A stretch of 64,000 nt of DNA from Tricharina praecox (lineage: Eukaryota), in the NCBI RefSeq assembly GCF_024521635.1, contig NW_026250411.1:930001-994000 (forward strand), given 5' to 3'. Position numbers and translations under genes: made by a program. The notes below the pieces were generated by a model. That model was not told where the DNA came from. It saw only the letters and a program-made list of their open reading frames with translations, and did no database searches. Positions 12,749 through 24,861 of the stretch are shown piece after piece (within the stretch, counting starts at the first letter, position 1; each line of letters begins with the position of its first letter).

Positions 12749-13023
12749 GGATGAGTGGCGGTAAACGCTCTGCTCAGATCAATGCATGGGTACCGTATCT
12801 CAGTGTTAGATCCTAAACGGCCCCGTTTAGCCCGCAGGTTCCTGCGCTCTAGCGAGTGAGTGAGTGACGAATAGTGAGAATAGCCTACGGGTGCTCGGTC
12901 CGATGTTGGATTTCAAGACAAGATGTCGTTTGGATCCAAAGCTTGGTGAGCGGGGGGCTACTACTGGCTACCATCAATTGAATTTTAGCTCAAATACTTC
13001 CTTTTTTAGTTCCTTCCATCCAA

Positions 13024-13112
13024 GGTGTCGTGGCGCAATGGTAGCGCGTTGGCTTCCGGTGCTTTAAGCGGCTGTCTGCCAAAGGCTGCAGGTTCGAGTC
13101 CTGCCGATATCG
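13024..13112 (+). tRNA. tRNA-Arg(CCG) with 17-nt intron, copy 2
   Basis: Identical to copy 1 over 89 nt; followed by TTTT. Confidence 0.92.
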
Positions 13113-14885
13113 TTTTGTCTCCACTCCCCCCCTCACCCTCACGGTGGGGGAGGGGTCCCAATTTTTGTTTTTATGTACTGGTCGACGTCTCACCCGCTGG
13201 GTGGGCACGGGGCTGCGGCTGGGACGGGACAGTTCCACGTGGATATTCTCCGACCCCGCTGTCCCGAAGGGCCGGACTACATATGTTTCACTCGTGCACC
13301 GTGGATCGTGATGGATGGTACGCCCACGATAACCGTTGGATCCTACTCCCTCGACTATTCACAGTTTACTCAACGCTCCGTTTGCAGACCACGTCCCCCG
13401 CCACCCAGGAAGGAAGGTACCCCACTACCCACCCACAACAGACATCCACCAGTCGAAAACCCAAAAGCCTCGCGTTTGCTATCTACGATTTAAGCCATAC
13501 ATAGGCCGTAGGTCGCCATGATCGAGTGTGCGGATGGAGAGAGTTGAGAACGAGAGGATTGAGAACGAGTGGTTTACGCAGTCAGAATGGATTCCGCACG
13601 GAGGCGATACTATTCACTGCTGATCATCCAGTCCGAACTTCGGGGGCACTCGGTAACTACGGCAGGCTCGGAATAACCGGTGGCTCTCGCTGGTCTACGG
13701 CGGGCTACTCTACGGCGGACTGCCGAACCCACACCCACTCCTGCATCTCGATGGTGACCGTGAACAGTGAACAGTAGAGCGCAAGACATCACTTCCCCCA
13801 TCCCCCTCATCCCCCCGAGAGGAGCTACACGATCTTGGTGTTGGAGCTTGGAACTCCCCAATTTTCGGAAAATGAGTAACATCAGATTGAAACCAAACGC
13901 AGACCGCACCACAAACCCTCCAATCTCGGATGGAATGGGCAGGAGATATGCTACAAAGCCAACGGACGGGAATTGAAAGAGCGAGAGCGGGAACGTGGGT
14001 GGGACGAGTACGGGACGACGGCAAGGACTGGGACATGGACTGCGAGGTATGTACCCCACAATATTGTTTGCATGCACGATGGATCATGATGGCTGGATGG
14101 AAGGATGGGATATAAATCGTTCTCCAATCAACTCCATTCCCCCCTCCCGCATGACTGACAGCAAGCAAAAAAAAAAGAGAGATAAACCCCGAACAAAAAA
14201 CTCCATAGTTACTTTATCATTTCCACATCCGCATCCCCACTTCCTCGTTCTCATATAGCACTTGCAATGACAATGGACAATGAAGAAAGCACATCATCCT
14301 CCTCCTTGACCTCCCATCTCCCCGCAATTGAACATTGTAATGTCTGTTCGAAACAAGACTTTTTTTTTTCTCGTGAACCCCGCCAAAAGTCCCGAAATTC
14401 GTTTATAGACGAGGGAAAAAAAAACCCTCCAAACCCTCCATCCTTCCCCCAGAGAGAGTATCCCCTTCCACAACTTGAACCAGCCCCAGACCCGCCAGTT
14501 TCTTCGCAATTTGAACCAATTCCACAGAGAAAACCCCACAATAAAGGAAATAAAGGATGAGAAGAAGAGACTGCACGAATCAGAGACATGGAACTTGGGT
14601 TGCAATGAACAGCCAAAACCAGAGTACAAAGTACAAGGGCCAAAAGAATAGAATATAAAACCAGTCAAAAACACAAAACTCGTATCCCTTGGCCCCGACA
14701 CCCAATGAACTCACGGAAAAGAAAAGAGAAAAGAAAAGAAACAGAAAAATGCAGGCTAAACAATGAAAGCAGCTGAAATTCCACTCGGGAAAGTATCAAA
14801 GAGGATGCACAGAATTAGGTAGATGCAGTATGCAGTCGACAGACTTCCTTTCCCATGGTCATCAAAGTGTAAATGGTCGTGACAT

Positions 14886-16472
14886 TTAGAAGAGTGCGCT
14901 CTTTCTCTTATCACCCGACACACTGAGAACTAGACCTGGGGCCTTCAATCCACCGGCTCCCTTGGAACTTAGTCTGCTCTTGACAGATCCCTCATCGGCG
15001 CTCGAGTTGTTTAGCTCGTACTCGCGGAGGCTCTGTCGGCTATTACGGCCTGCAGATGATCCGACGCTATCGGTTTCCTCGAACGCAAACGCCTCGTGCT
15101 CCGAAACAGGGGTCATGGTTCCTCCAGCCGAGATTGTGCCAGAAGTCGACCTCGCCGAGCGACGCTCGATGCCGGCAGACACCAATCGGGAGATGGCACG
15201 GCGGCGTTGACGCGTAGCAAAGTTCTTGCTGCCCTCATCCTTCGAAGTTGGCTTTGCCTTGAGCTCTTCGATCGATGGAGGTCCGCGAGGCTGGCGCATC
15301 GGGTGGGTTCCACTGGCATGGCCAGGTCCGAAAGTAGCCGTCATCGGGGTCTGGGGCAGTCTGGGAACCGACGACTTGGGCGCATCCGCAATCTCGACAC
15401 CGTTGATGGAAGTGCACGTCGAAAGGGAACTAGCCTTCCGGTGTCCTCTCCTGAATCCGGCGGCAGCTGATGAGTTGGAAGCGGAGGCGCCGTTCGACTG
15501 CTGAAGGTTGAGCTTGGGCGGGGAACGAGACCGGCTGTTAGCGCGGCCGTTACCCATCGACAGACCAGTATTGGATGGCTGCTCAATCGGCGTAGGAGGA
15601 CTGATCTCAACCTGGGTAATCATCTGCTGCTGTTGAGCCTGCTGCTGCGCGTGCTGTTGCTGCTGCTGCTGATATTGCTGTTGCTGCTGGAGCTGTTGAA
15701 GTTGGTGGAGCTGGTGGAGCTGCTGAAGCTGCTGCTGTTGAGCCTGCTGTTGAGCCTGCTGTTGAGCCTGCTGTTGAGCCTGCTGTTGCTGCTGTTGCTG
15801 TTGAGCGTACGTGCTAATGTTCTGCGCCTGAGAATACTGCTGGTAGGAATTGTTGTTGAGCTGTCCGTAAATCCCGTTTCCGTAGATGCCACCCAGTCCC
15901 ATTCCTGGACTCATCGGAGGAGTAGCCGAATATCCAACACCGGACTGCATCTGCAGCTGAGCGAGCTGCTGCTGCAATTGCTGGACCTTCTGAGCAGCGG
16001 CCAGCTGTTGCTGCACATGGGCAAAGTATGCATTCTGAGCCATCATGATCTGCATCTGGTGATAGGCCTCCTGGTCGTACTCGTCGTCGACATCCTCATT
16101 GTTGAGCTGAATGGCAGGGGAGGAGGACGAGGGGGGAGTCGGCAGCCTCTGCTGGGTCTGATGACTCAGGCCGCTCTGGTTGTATCCGTTCGAAGGAGCA
16201 GAAATACCAGTGTATCTGGAATTGTCATAACCGTGTTCGGCGATAGTAGGGGTGGGGACTGTAGGGGTCTTGGGAGCCGTCCTGAGACCCGCAAGGAGGG
16301 CCGATCTAGCAGTCCGTGGCGTCGGAACCGGCTGACTCCCAGGCGTATCGACGTTGGAGAGAGGAACAGAGATATTTCGCAGGTGAGAGCCCTTGCCCCT
16401 CGAACCGAACGAAGCGGAGGTGTTCTGATGGAAGTTGTTGTAAGTCATTTGTGCAAGCCCGCCTGCGTCCAT
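14886..16472 (-). CDS. Uncharacterised 528-aa Q-rich, largely disordered protein (single ORF)
   Basis: Long uninterrupted ATG-initiated ORF with a poly-Q/QQQA core and non-repetitive motifs 'PTPRTARSALLAGLRTAP', 'FRRGHRKASSL', 'RQPRGPPSIEELKAKPTSKDEGSKNFATRQRRRA'. Confidence 0.85.
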   Translation of the reverse strand: MDAGGLAQMTYNNFHQNTSASFGSRGKGSHLRNISVPLSNVDTPGSQPVPTPRTARSALLAGLRTAPKTPTVPTPTIAEHGYDNSRYTGISAPSNGYNQSGLSHQTQQRLPTPPSSSSPAIQLNNEDVDDEYDQEAYHQMQIMMAQNAYFAHVQQQLAAAQKVQQLQQQLAQLQMQSGVGYSATPPMSPGMGLGGIYGNGIYGQLNNNSYQQYSQAQNISTYAQQQQQQQQAQQQAQQQAQQQAQQQQLQQLHQLHQLQQLQQQQQYQQQQQQHAQQQAQQQQMITQVEISPPTPIEQPSNTGLSMGNGRANSRSRSPPKLNLQQSNGASASNSSAAAGFRRGHRKASSLSTCTSINGVEIADAPKSSVPRLPQTPMTATFGPGHASGTHPMRQPRGPPSIEELKAKPTSKDEGSKNFATRQRRRAISRLVSAGIERRSARSTSGTISAGGTMTPVSEHEAFAFEETDSVGSSAGRNSRQSLREYELNNSSADEGSVKSRLSSKGAGGLKAPGLVLSVSGDKRKSALF

Positions 16473-18702
16473 GCTCTATAGTCCAATAACAGACGGGTGG
16501 GGTGGTGTCGGTGGTGGGCGACGGAAGAGAAAGGGCCAATTAGGTAGTTTCGAATGCGTAATCCGGAAGGGTGTTTCCTAGCAAGAAAACCTGTTTACCA
16601 AATAGGATGTATTTGCAAAGTGACGAGTTCTGACCGAAAGCAGTGAGTTTGTTGATTAAAGCGTTGAAGGAAAAAAAAAGTAGCACACCAAAGAACGAGA
16701 GCCTTGTCTCTGTTCTGTTCTGTTCTGTTCCGTGGTTGTTTAGGCTGGCCAAATGGTGGAGGTGGGCTGGACGAGTGGATTCTTATATCGAACTTTGTCG
16801 GGAAGGACCAAGCGCGAGGAAAGACTAGACGAGGCTGACCGAAGGGACCGTTTCGGATGCTGCTACTGATACCGGGGGGTTTTTGTTGTTGAGGAAGGGA
16901 GGATTTTGCGCGAGATAAAGACGGTTATGAGCTGGCAACCGAGGAAGACGAGACGACGGGCGGAAGATGGTAAACTTCTTCAAAGAGTTGCGACGCGACC
17001 GAAGCGAGCCTTTCTTTAAGGAACGGGGTGGACAAGGGGTGTTGTGTATGGTATTGCTGGGGGAAAGAAGGATGCGATGCGTCGTCTTGTTGTTATTCTT
17101 CTCGTCGACGACTTGATTATTCCAGAATTCGAGTTTTTGTTGCGGTTTGGTGATCGGTAATGGGGAGGGTTTGAGCGTGCTCAGCACGGAAGGAAGGCGA
17201 GACGAGACAGACGAGACAGATAGAGTGAACAGCGGGGGGGGGAAGGGATATGATGTGCGTGGGGAGAGGTAGCGAGGGCGATGTGAGATTGCGGCGATTG
17301 CTTGACGAGCGGCGGATTGAATTAAGGGGCGGTGGTGGGTGCGTAGACCACTCTGGAGGATGCTGTTGTACTGTACTGACTGAGAAAGACTGCTGCCAGG
17401 CGGGAGAGGGCGGGGGGCGGGGGGTGGGGGGGAGGGAGGGAAAGGAATAACAAGGGAAGATCGAGAAGAAGTTGGTTTCGAGAGTGGAAGAAGAAGGGAG
17501 GGAGGGAGAGAAGGGAAGAGGAGTAAGAGGAAGGGAGGAGGGAGAGGGGAGGGAGGGATGGGCCTGGGGTGGTGGTGGAGGAGGGTTTGGGTCTGGGGTA
17601 AGGATGTGGTTCAGGATTATTGGGAGGCAACAGATTTCGAGGGGGTAAACAGCCACAGTGCAGCGATCATTCCAGCAGGCGGTCCAGTCAGCCAGCGAAA
17701 ACGCTGCCAAAGCTACATATCCACGCAAACCCGCACAGGGAGAAGAAGTGTGATGTCCTTAGTTACGGCAACTCTGCTCTGCGCGTACCGTGAATCGCCC
17801 TAGAGCATTCTAGAGGAGAGTCCTTATCCCATGCTACAGCAAGCAAACTGCTAACTAATGCGCGGTCGAGAAAAAGGGAGCTTCTCGACTCATTTTCTGG
17901 CCCCCCTTGGCACCGCTTTCTGGACCCCTCGCGGTGATGCGTAGCCGCCGGCCTCACGACAACCCTAGTCATATCGCAAACATCAAGCATGGTGTGGGGA
18001 TCCGGGCTGGACGAGAAGCCCGATTGATGGAGTTCGTCGGGCTTGAGGAGAGGTAAGATGTAGAGGTAGTTACCTCAGCCGCTGCCGCCATCGCGATGCC
18101 TTCCATCCGCTGAGCTGTGAAGGTGAGTGGCCAATAAAGTTCGTGATTAGGATTACGGCTACGAAAAGTGCGAATACACTCTGCAGTTACGCGGGCGCCA
18201 CCCGCCCCACCTCTCAGTAGAGTAGGTACACTGCACCCCGAGGATGGAGAATAGTAACTACATGATCGCCAACGCGCCCGTCAAAGTTTGCAATGCACTG
18301 TTCTCCACCGTCAATAGGTACTACAGCACCGTATCCCCGTACCCGTACCTGACAGTTCATATCCTCTCGATACGCTGCGGACAAACAACTGAGAAGACTA
18401 CTAGTATGATACTGCTACCTGTTCGCGAGCTTGCTGCCTCTATTACGAGCTTCGACGATTCTACATATAATAGAACAGTATCGTAGACCCCAAGATTCAC
18501 AAGAAAGCCGCCGGCTTCCAATAAGGCACGCATATCTGCACCACCAAAGGCATCAGCCCCACAAGCCGCGCCCCAGATTCCCATAGCACAGTATATCCCG
18601 TCCTATCCTCGACCGTGCTCCCAATCGCAAGAGCGCGCATATGTAGAACCAAGCCAATCGAACCGCACTGAACCGAACCGTCCCGTCCGCGTACCTATCC
18701 CG

Positions 18703-19523
18703 TCATACCATCCGATACAGATGCTTCACTGTCCACCCATCGTGATCAGCACGGATCGCAACCCCGCTCTCGCGCGCGAAAAGGAGTGAGTCCACGAACA
18801 TTCCAGCGTCTCCTGCGCGGTCTCTGGCAGCTCCTCGATGACCACGCCGGGCCTTCCAGCAACCCGCGAAAACGGCGGGATAACCGTGTGCGGCGCCACT
18901 ACCGTGCCGTCCTCGATCCGTACGCAGTCTTTGATGATAGTGAATTTCCCCTGGTCGCAGAGTTGTGAGTCCCCCTACTACTAAGAAAGAGAGCGGGGGA
19001 GGAGCGGGGGGCGGGGGGAGGGGGGAGGGGGGAGGGGGAGAGTACAATCACCGCGCCAGCACCGATATGCACAAAGTTCCCCACCATGGCCGCTTCGACG
19101 ACCGCGCCCTCGCCGACAAAAACATGGTCGCCCAGTTTCATGGGGTAAAAACTAAACACACTTTCCGGCTCGCGCATCATCAGCCCACCTCCCCCAGTCC
19201 CGCCTCCCCTCCCCCTCCCCACCTCCACCTGCACCTGCACCCCCCAAGAACCATTCACTCACTCACCCACGATGCGTCTTCCCCGGCGGCCTCAGCACAC
19301 AGCTCTTAGCAAAGAAGCAGTACCTGCCGACGGCGATAGCGACATTCCCATGCTGGCCCGGTGCGCCCGCGCGTCGCAAGTCTCCACGGATCGTGCAGTC
19401 CGCCTGGATTATCGTCTTTCCGCCCAGAATGATGTTCTGCGACCCGAGGATGTTCGACTTACGTGATACCTTGTTACCAGTGTCCGTCTCGATGTATTCG
19501 CCTTTGGCTTGCTTGGGCGGCAT
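18703..19523 (-). CDS. DCTN5: Dynactin subunit 5 (p25); exons 19523-19267, 19160-19046, 18950-18800, 18728-18703 (182 aa)
   Basis: '[43 protein letters not shown]', '[29 protein letters not shown]', '[35 protein letters not shown]': left-handed beta-helix p25 signature. Exon phases join in frame. Confidence 0.93.
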
Positions 19524-21711
19524 GGTTGCGGTGGGGGGCTGTAGGGGTGCGCGTGTAGTGGGTGCTGGGTGCGGGTGCTGGGTGCTGCGAGCTGCGAGCC
19601 TGGAGCTTGAGATGGTGGGCGGGTAGCTATGTGCTATGTGTGTGGAAGGTGGAGAGGGACAAGGGGTCGTGAACATGGAAGCACTGAGCAGCGCTACCAC
19701 GAGGAGATAGCTACTAGTGCTGGTAGCAGCCATTCGACGTCGACCACATGCAGAAGCCGAGATCGCAGCATATAGCACAGAGTATCAACCTATGCAAAAC
19801 CACAAAGCCCATCCCGTTCTGCCCGCGTGCCGGTATGGTACTCCTCATTCACGGTGATTCATCGTATGTGGTGGTGGGGAAAGCTACACCTTCGAACGCT
19901 CCCATCCGCTTCACCTCAAGGCTCAATGCGCCCACATCACGGTCATCCCCAATTCCCCAATGGGCCAATTCCCCATGGTTCATCACTCAAGATCTAAAAA
20001 TACCCCCCCTACCTGCCCCCCCCGTCACTCTGGAGTCTTTAATCTATCAATCGCCTGATGTTGATCTCCATACATACTCTACATAGAAACCCGCAACCAG
20101 CAACCCGCAACCAGCATGTGCACGATTTGGGATTGCGGTTTTCAGTTTACGGTCTGCGGTCTGCAGTCTGCGGTTTGCGGTTTCAACAACGAATTGCCTA
20201 CCTATGTATTTCCCACAACTACTACTGCAGCTGTTATGCAGATAGAGTATGTAGTAACCGAGCCGCGGGCGCGGGCACGCGGGCGGAACCTCGGTGCCAG
20301 GCTCAGGGTTCCTGCATGCGGGGGTTGACGGTAGGGACTCTGGATGGGTACATAGGCGGTAAAGCGACATCGCAACTTCGCAAGGACATGTCCTAGAATA
20401 CCTATCGATCGGGCACCTACGGTACGGTATTCTGCGAGTGACGAGCGACGAGCATTGCAACGGATCTGGACCGCCGACAAAGGGACAAACGACGTCTCCG
20501 TCCGCAGGCGAGGTGGAAAGGTGGCGGAGTGACGAGACGACGGAGATAGCCCGCCCCCGTCCCCCTCCCCTCCGCCCCCGCCCCCTTGGTCGGTCTTTCA
20601 CGGAGAAGTCACAACAAGGAAGCTCCTCGTGGCTTCGAAGGGCTCAACTTGCCTATGCAGAGGAGTACATACATAACCGAATGTCGAAGAACGAGGAGAC
20701 GAGGAGGAGGTTGATTGTATCGTGTCGTTGGGAATAGGTAAGTACCGGTATGATATGCATACGGAGAGCAACGTGGGCCTCATTCGGGCCGATAGTTAAC
20801 CACCTATTCCCAGCGTTTGGAGCGGCAAAGCGTCCCCTATCATACCTATGATACCTATGATACTTCCACGGTCAATGAGGCTGTGCAGTGCCAAAGGGAT
20901 ATCCACCTTCTCTATGTATTGTACGTACGGTAGAGTACTCTACGTCGCTAGATCCGAATTTCTCCACTCCACATACAGCAAGAAGAAGGGGTGATCTCGA
21001 GTTGATTATGTTTCAGAAGCGCCCTAGGGGGGTTTCGTGTGTATGGGTATGTAGATGGATACATCATATGTATGCAGATGACAGGGCATAGGCAGGGGTG
21101 GTAAGTAACTTATCATGAAGTTACACACATATGACCATGGGAGGATGTCCTAACTAGTTCCGCAGGGCACTGTTAACTAGTACTCACGTTAGACGCTCGG
21201 GAGAGAGGCATCGAGGGGATAAATTGTAAATTGTGTATCTACATGTCTATACAGAGCTAGGTAGTGTGCTGTAACTACAGTGGAGATGTGGAGATGGCAG
21301 GAGTGATAGGTACGTAACTACATGTGTAGTCGATGGACGATGATGAAAGTAGCATATGTAGATGACTGCTCAGAGCAGTAGGTATCTACCGGAGGAGGGG
21401 GGGCTGAGCCTTGATATTTCGTTGTAAAAACATCAGCCCAACATATGTAACTCATGTGGTTCACTAGGCTCTTGAAGACTATCCGCGTGCGTGGTGCATA
21501 CGTACAAAGGCACGCGAGACCTGCGTACTAGAAAAGACACTTTTATTTGGCGTAACTAGACGTGCGTGCGGCGTGTGGCGTGCGCCCGCGGTCAGTCAGT
21601 CAGTCGGGCGTGCATGTGCGCGCGAAGAGTCTGGAGTGATCACGGAGTGGGCACGAGTGGGCGCGGGGTGAGGCAGTCAGAATAGTGTCTGAGCGGAGCG
21701 TCAGGAGTCAG

Positions 21712-21775
21712 GAGGAGGTGGAGGATGAGGAGGAGTGAGAGGAGGAGTGAGAGGAGGAGTGAGAGGAGTGAGAGA
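21712..21775. repeat. (GGAGGAGTGAGA)n-type tandem repeat
   Basis: 12-mer units are directly visible. Confidence 0.6.
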
Positions 21776-22312
21776 GTATGCAAGGGAGTGCGCGCCGCAG
21801 GCGGGCAGCGACGTGATCTGCGCAGGTGCATAATGTGAGTCGGGTGGATAAGGTCCCTGGACGCTTGCAATGAAGCATTAGATATCACTCCGTGTAAGCA
21901 GGCAGGTGTTCGGGTCGGAAAGTGTATGCAGTGACCATAGGCGTCTCTCCGGCTTGGGTGGAGGGGCGGAGAGCAATGGAGATTCGGAACCCACATCGAC
22001 CCCGCGGGCCGCGGCCAGCGGTCGGAGATGTACCGCACATAACTGCTGTGATCTGATAAGGTCGAATGCAATGATTATTAAACAAACCAAAACCAAAACC
22101 AAAAACTCCGCCCGGCCCGGCTGCTGATATTTCCGGCCTTCTGTCTTCCGATAACGCCATCATGCGGCAATCCTTTTGCCCGAGAATTCCGAGAATTCCG
22201 AGAATTCCGAGATCCGTGTTCCCGACTGAAGTCGTCGAAATTGGAAATATGCGGTACATACATCCTGACGTATGTAGAGCTTTCAAGCACTTGCTCGGAT
22301 GAAAGTAAGTGA

Positions 22313-22639
22313 CAGATGCTGCCAATAAGTCATCATCACGTTGACGAACAATGATACGGGAGACAAGTGATGATCTATGACCAGATCGAATGGGTGGAAA
22401 ACATTCATGCCTCTCCGGAGTCCGCCAGACTTCCACTCAATATTCCGCTACCGTCTCTCCATCAATAACAGCTTGCAGTCTCGCAAGAACACTCTCCACC
22501 AATGTATCTGGCATTTCTTCTGGACAACTCGAACTCAACCCAACCGATCACAATCACAATGCCTCGTTATCCGATGCTCATCCCCCATATATATCTCGCC
22601 CAACTCCGTCGTCTAGCCCGCCGTATCTTTTAGCATGCC
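22313..22639 (-). mobile_element. Eroded 3' end of a Tc1/mariner-like transposon
   Basis: Minus strand 22511-22437 reads PDTLVESVLARLQAVIDGETVAEY*, resembling the Tc1 transposase C-terminus (LVxSMPxRLQAVIxxxGxxTxY*). 'GMLKD' lies upstream, and a TIR-like CAGATGCTGCCAATAAGT begins at 22313. Confidence 0.5.
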
Positions 22640-24861
22640 CTGTACCGTATGTCCCACAGCGCTATCCTCTTCCGCCCCGAAGGTTACCGGTACATAAATA
22701 TCCAGCGATCCGGGCCGGTACTTGCCTGTATGGAGGGCTCCCCCACCAGCTCGGCACAGTACATCTTCGGATATGCATTCGTGGTACAAGCCCTCTGGTA
22801 CTGAAGCTGCGCTACCTACTCGTAGACATCTGTCTGTCACCCGCGGCAGCACACGACATGTTCCTCCCCCTTAGGTAAAATAGGTAGCGGTCTCGTGGGT
22901 GGGTAGGCGGTGCTATTCGTCTGATGTCGCAGTGGAACGCTATTGACTGTGCCGAAGGTGGTGGTGCCGTGCCGGTGCTTCTCCCCGCCTTCTTGACGGT
23001 AGCGCCGGGGTACGAAACGAGAACCCAACGTCCATGTATTCCCCAAAGACTCCGGCCGGCCATACATAGGAGTAAAGACTTCCGGCCACCGATCCAAGCT
23101 GCCGGGCACAATTGGCTCCCAGCTCCTCCAGGCTCCCCACAATATTTACACACCGGTCGGAATCCATTTTTAGAGCTTGAGCGTGGTTATCTCTGACGGC
23201 GCACTGCAGTCGCCGGTTACTGCTTTAACCTCCTCCTCCTCCTCCTTCCTTGTATTGACGTTCAGGTGGTCAGTTGGCTTCATTAATGACCTAGGTATAC
23301 CGCCGAAGACCGTCCTCTCTCCCCGCAATTTCCATTGCTGACGGCGAACGCAAGACTTTGCTCCGCGCCTCTTCGTATGATATGATATGGATCCTCTAGT
23401 TCCGATCGAATGTTTATTTAAAGTGAGCCTGGGTATGATCTCATTGGACTAATTACGATGTCCCTGTAAAGACCGGTCAGTGGAGGGCCGCCATTCAAAT
23501 GTGTTCGGACCTTACCTATGCTGCACCGAAGCGACACCGGCAGGGTGTCGGTATATACATAGAAAAAGACGCCTGTCCAGGACACGACAGCAGTGTTAGC
23601 GAACGCGAGAAGTACTATAAGGTGCGCACGACCTCTCCGCTGGGGGCTGGACCAGCCCGTCCAGTAAAGGATAGGACCTCTCTTGTTGGTGTTTGGCGAG
23701 AATGTCGGTGCAATAGTCGCTGCACTGAGCAGGTAGGTAGGTACGTCCTTTGGGGAATGGACAGCCCTCCCGCGAGAAACGACAGTGGTGGTGGCAGTGG
23801 ATCCGGACTCCGGAGTGGAGACGACGGTGATTCCTGGTAGTTGACGTAGGTATCCGGAAAGGCCGTAACTAGCTGCGCATGCCACAATCGGGCCGGGTAC
23901 ATAGCAATCACCGCTTCTTCCGAGTTGAGAGCACCCATACGAGTAGAGCTTTGATTTGGACTGGATATCTTGCATCTTGGAGTATAGCCAGCTATCGATT
24001 CCCCATGCAAAGCCGTAAGTTCGTCTTGTATGTAAAGATTTCAGACCAGTGCCTAACGACCAGCCCATGTATGTGCCTATCTACAACCGAAGCGTTGGAG
24101 AGTGCCTGTATGCGTACCTCTTCCACCGTTCGGTGCAGTGACCCTGCCTGCAAATTATGTGGCCTGTAATAGGCCGACGATCAGGCACCATATCTGCTGC
24201 GAGGTTGCATACAACAGTGACGTCCTGTGTTTACATCACCAACCCAGCCAAAACGTGGGCTTACGGCGTACCAATAATGCGATGTGCACGGATAATAGCA
24301 CTCGGTGCCATATATTTTTACCTCACTTCTTGTTCTATGTAGTATGCACATATTGTATGCCGCACTGTAGGGCACTATGCAGGTAGGTATCTGGATATAT
24401 ATGGCCTTTGTGGTGATGTCTAGCGTTTATAAAGGTACATATGCCGTAGATATACCAGTGCGGTCTGTCCGAAAGCCTGTGGGATCCGAAGATCTCTCAA
24501 AAACCAATAAGCCCGTGGCATTTTCAAAGCACGCGAGTAGGCGGTCTGTTTGATGAAGCTGCCGTAGAAAAGACTCGAAAAATGGAACAACAGGCGGATT
24601 CTGGGGCCAAGGGTGCAGAAATGGGTTCCGTTATCTTTGTGACAACGTATGTATCTGGAAGTATTTATATGTGCCTGTGGCTATGCATTCCGGGATGGAA
24701 ACAAGCGTCTTCCTAGTGGGTTTCGGGGTGTGCTATCTTGATTGTATGGCGGAGGGAGCCATAAAGAACCACGCGGCGTCGTCGCAAAGCATATCGTCAA
24801 CATGTGGGGGGGGGAGGGCCTCTATTTGACCGAGGCGCCACCATGTGCACGTAATGCTCCC

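Noticed and set aside
12801..12946. Second degenerate hAT-like MITE (CAGTGTTAGATCCTAAACG...CGTTTGGATCCAAAGC)
   Set aside because: The inverted match is weak and there is no 8-bp TSD.
13024..13504. tRNA copies as heads of a SINE; ORF 13025-13504
   Set aside because: No shared 3' body, tail or TSD among the three copies; the ORF merely reads through the tRNA.
13511..13760. Loose inverted repeat GGTCGCCAT..CGAG / CTCGATGGTGACC
   Set aside because: Too degenerate, with no TSD.
15633..16481. Leu-rich 282-aa ORF on the + strand
   Set aside because: Antisense shadow of the poly-Q gene (CAG read as CTG).
22181..22212. (CGAGAATTC)x3.5 as a heat-shock element
   Set aside because: The 9-bp period does not match the 5-bp alternating nGAAn phase and there is no adjacent gene; likely slippage.
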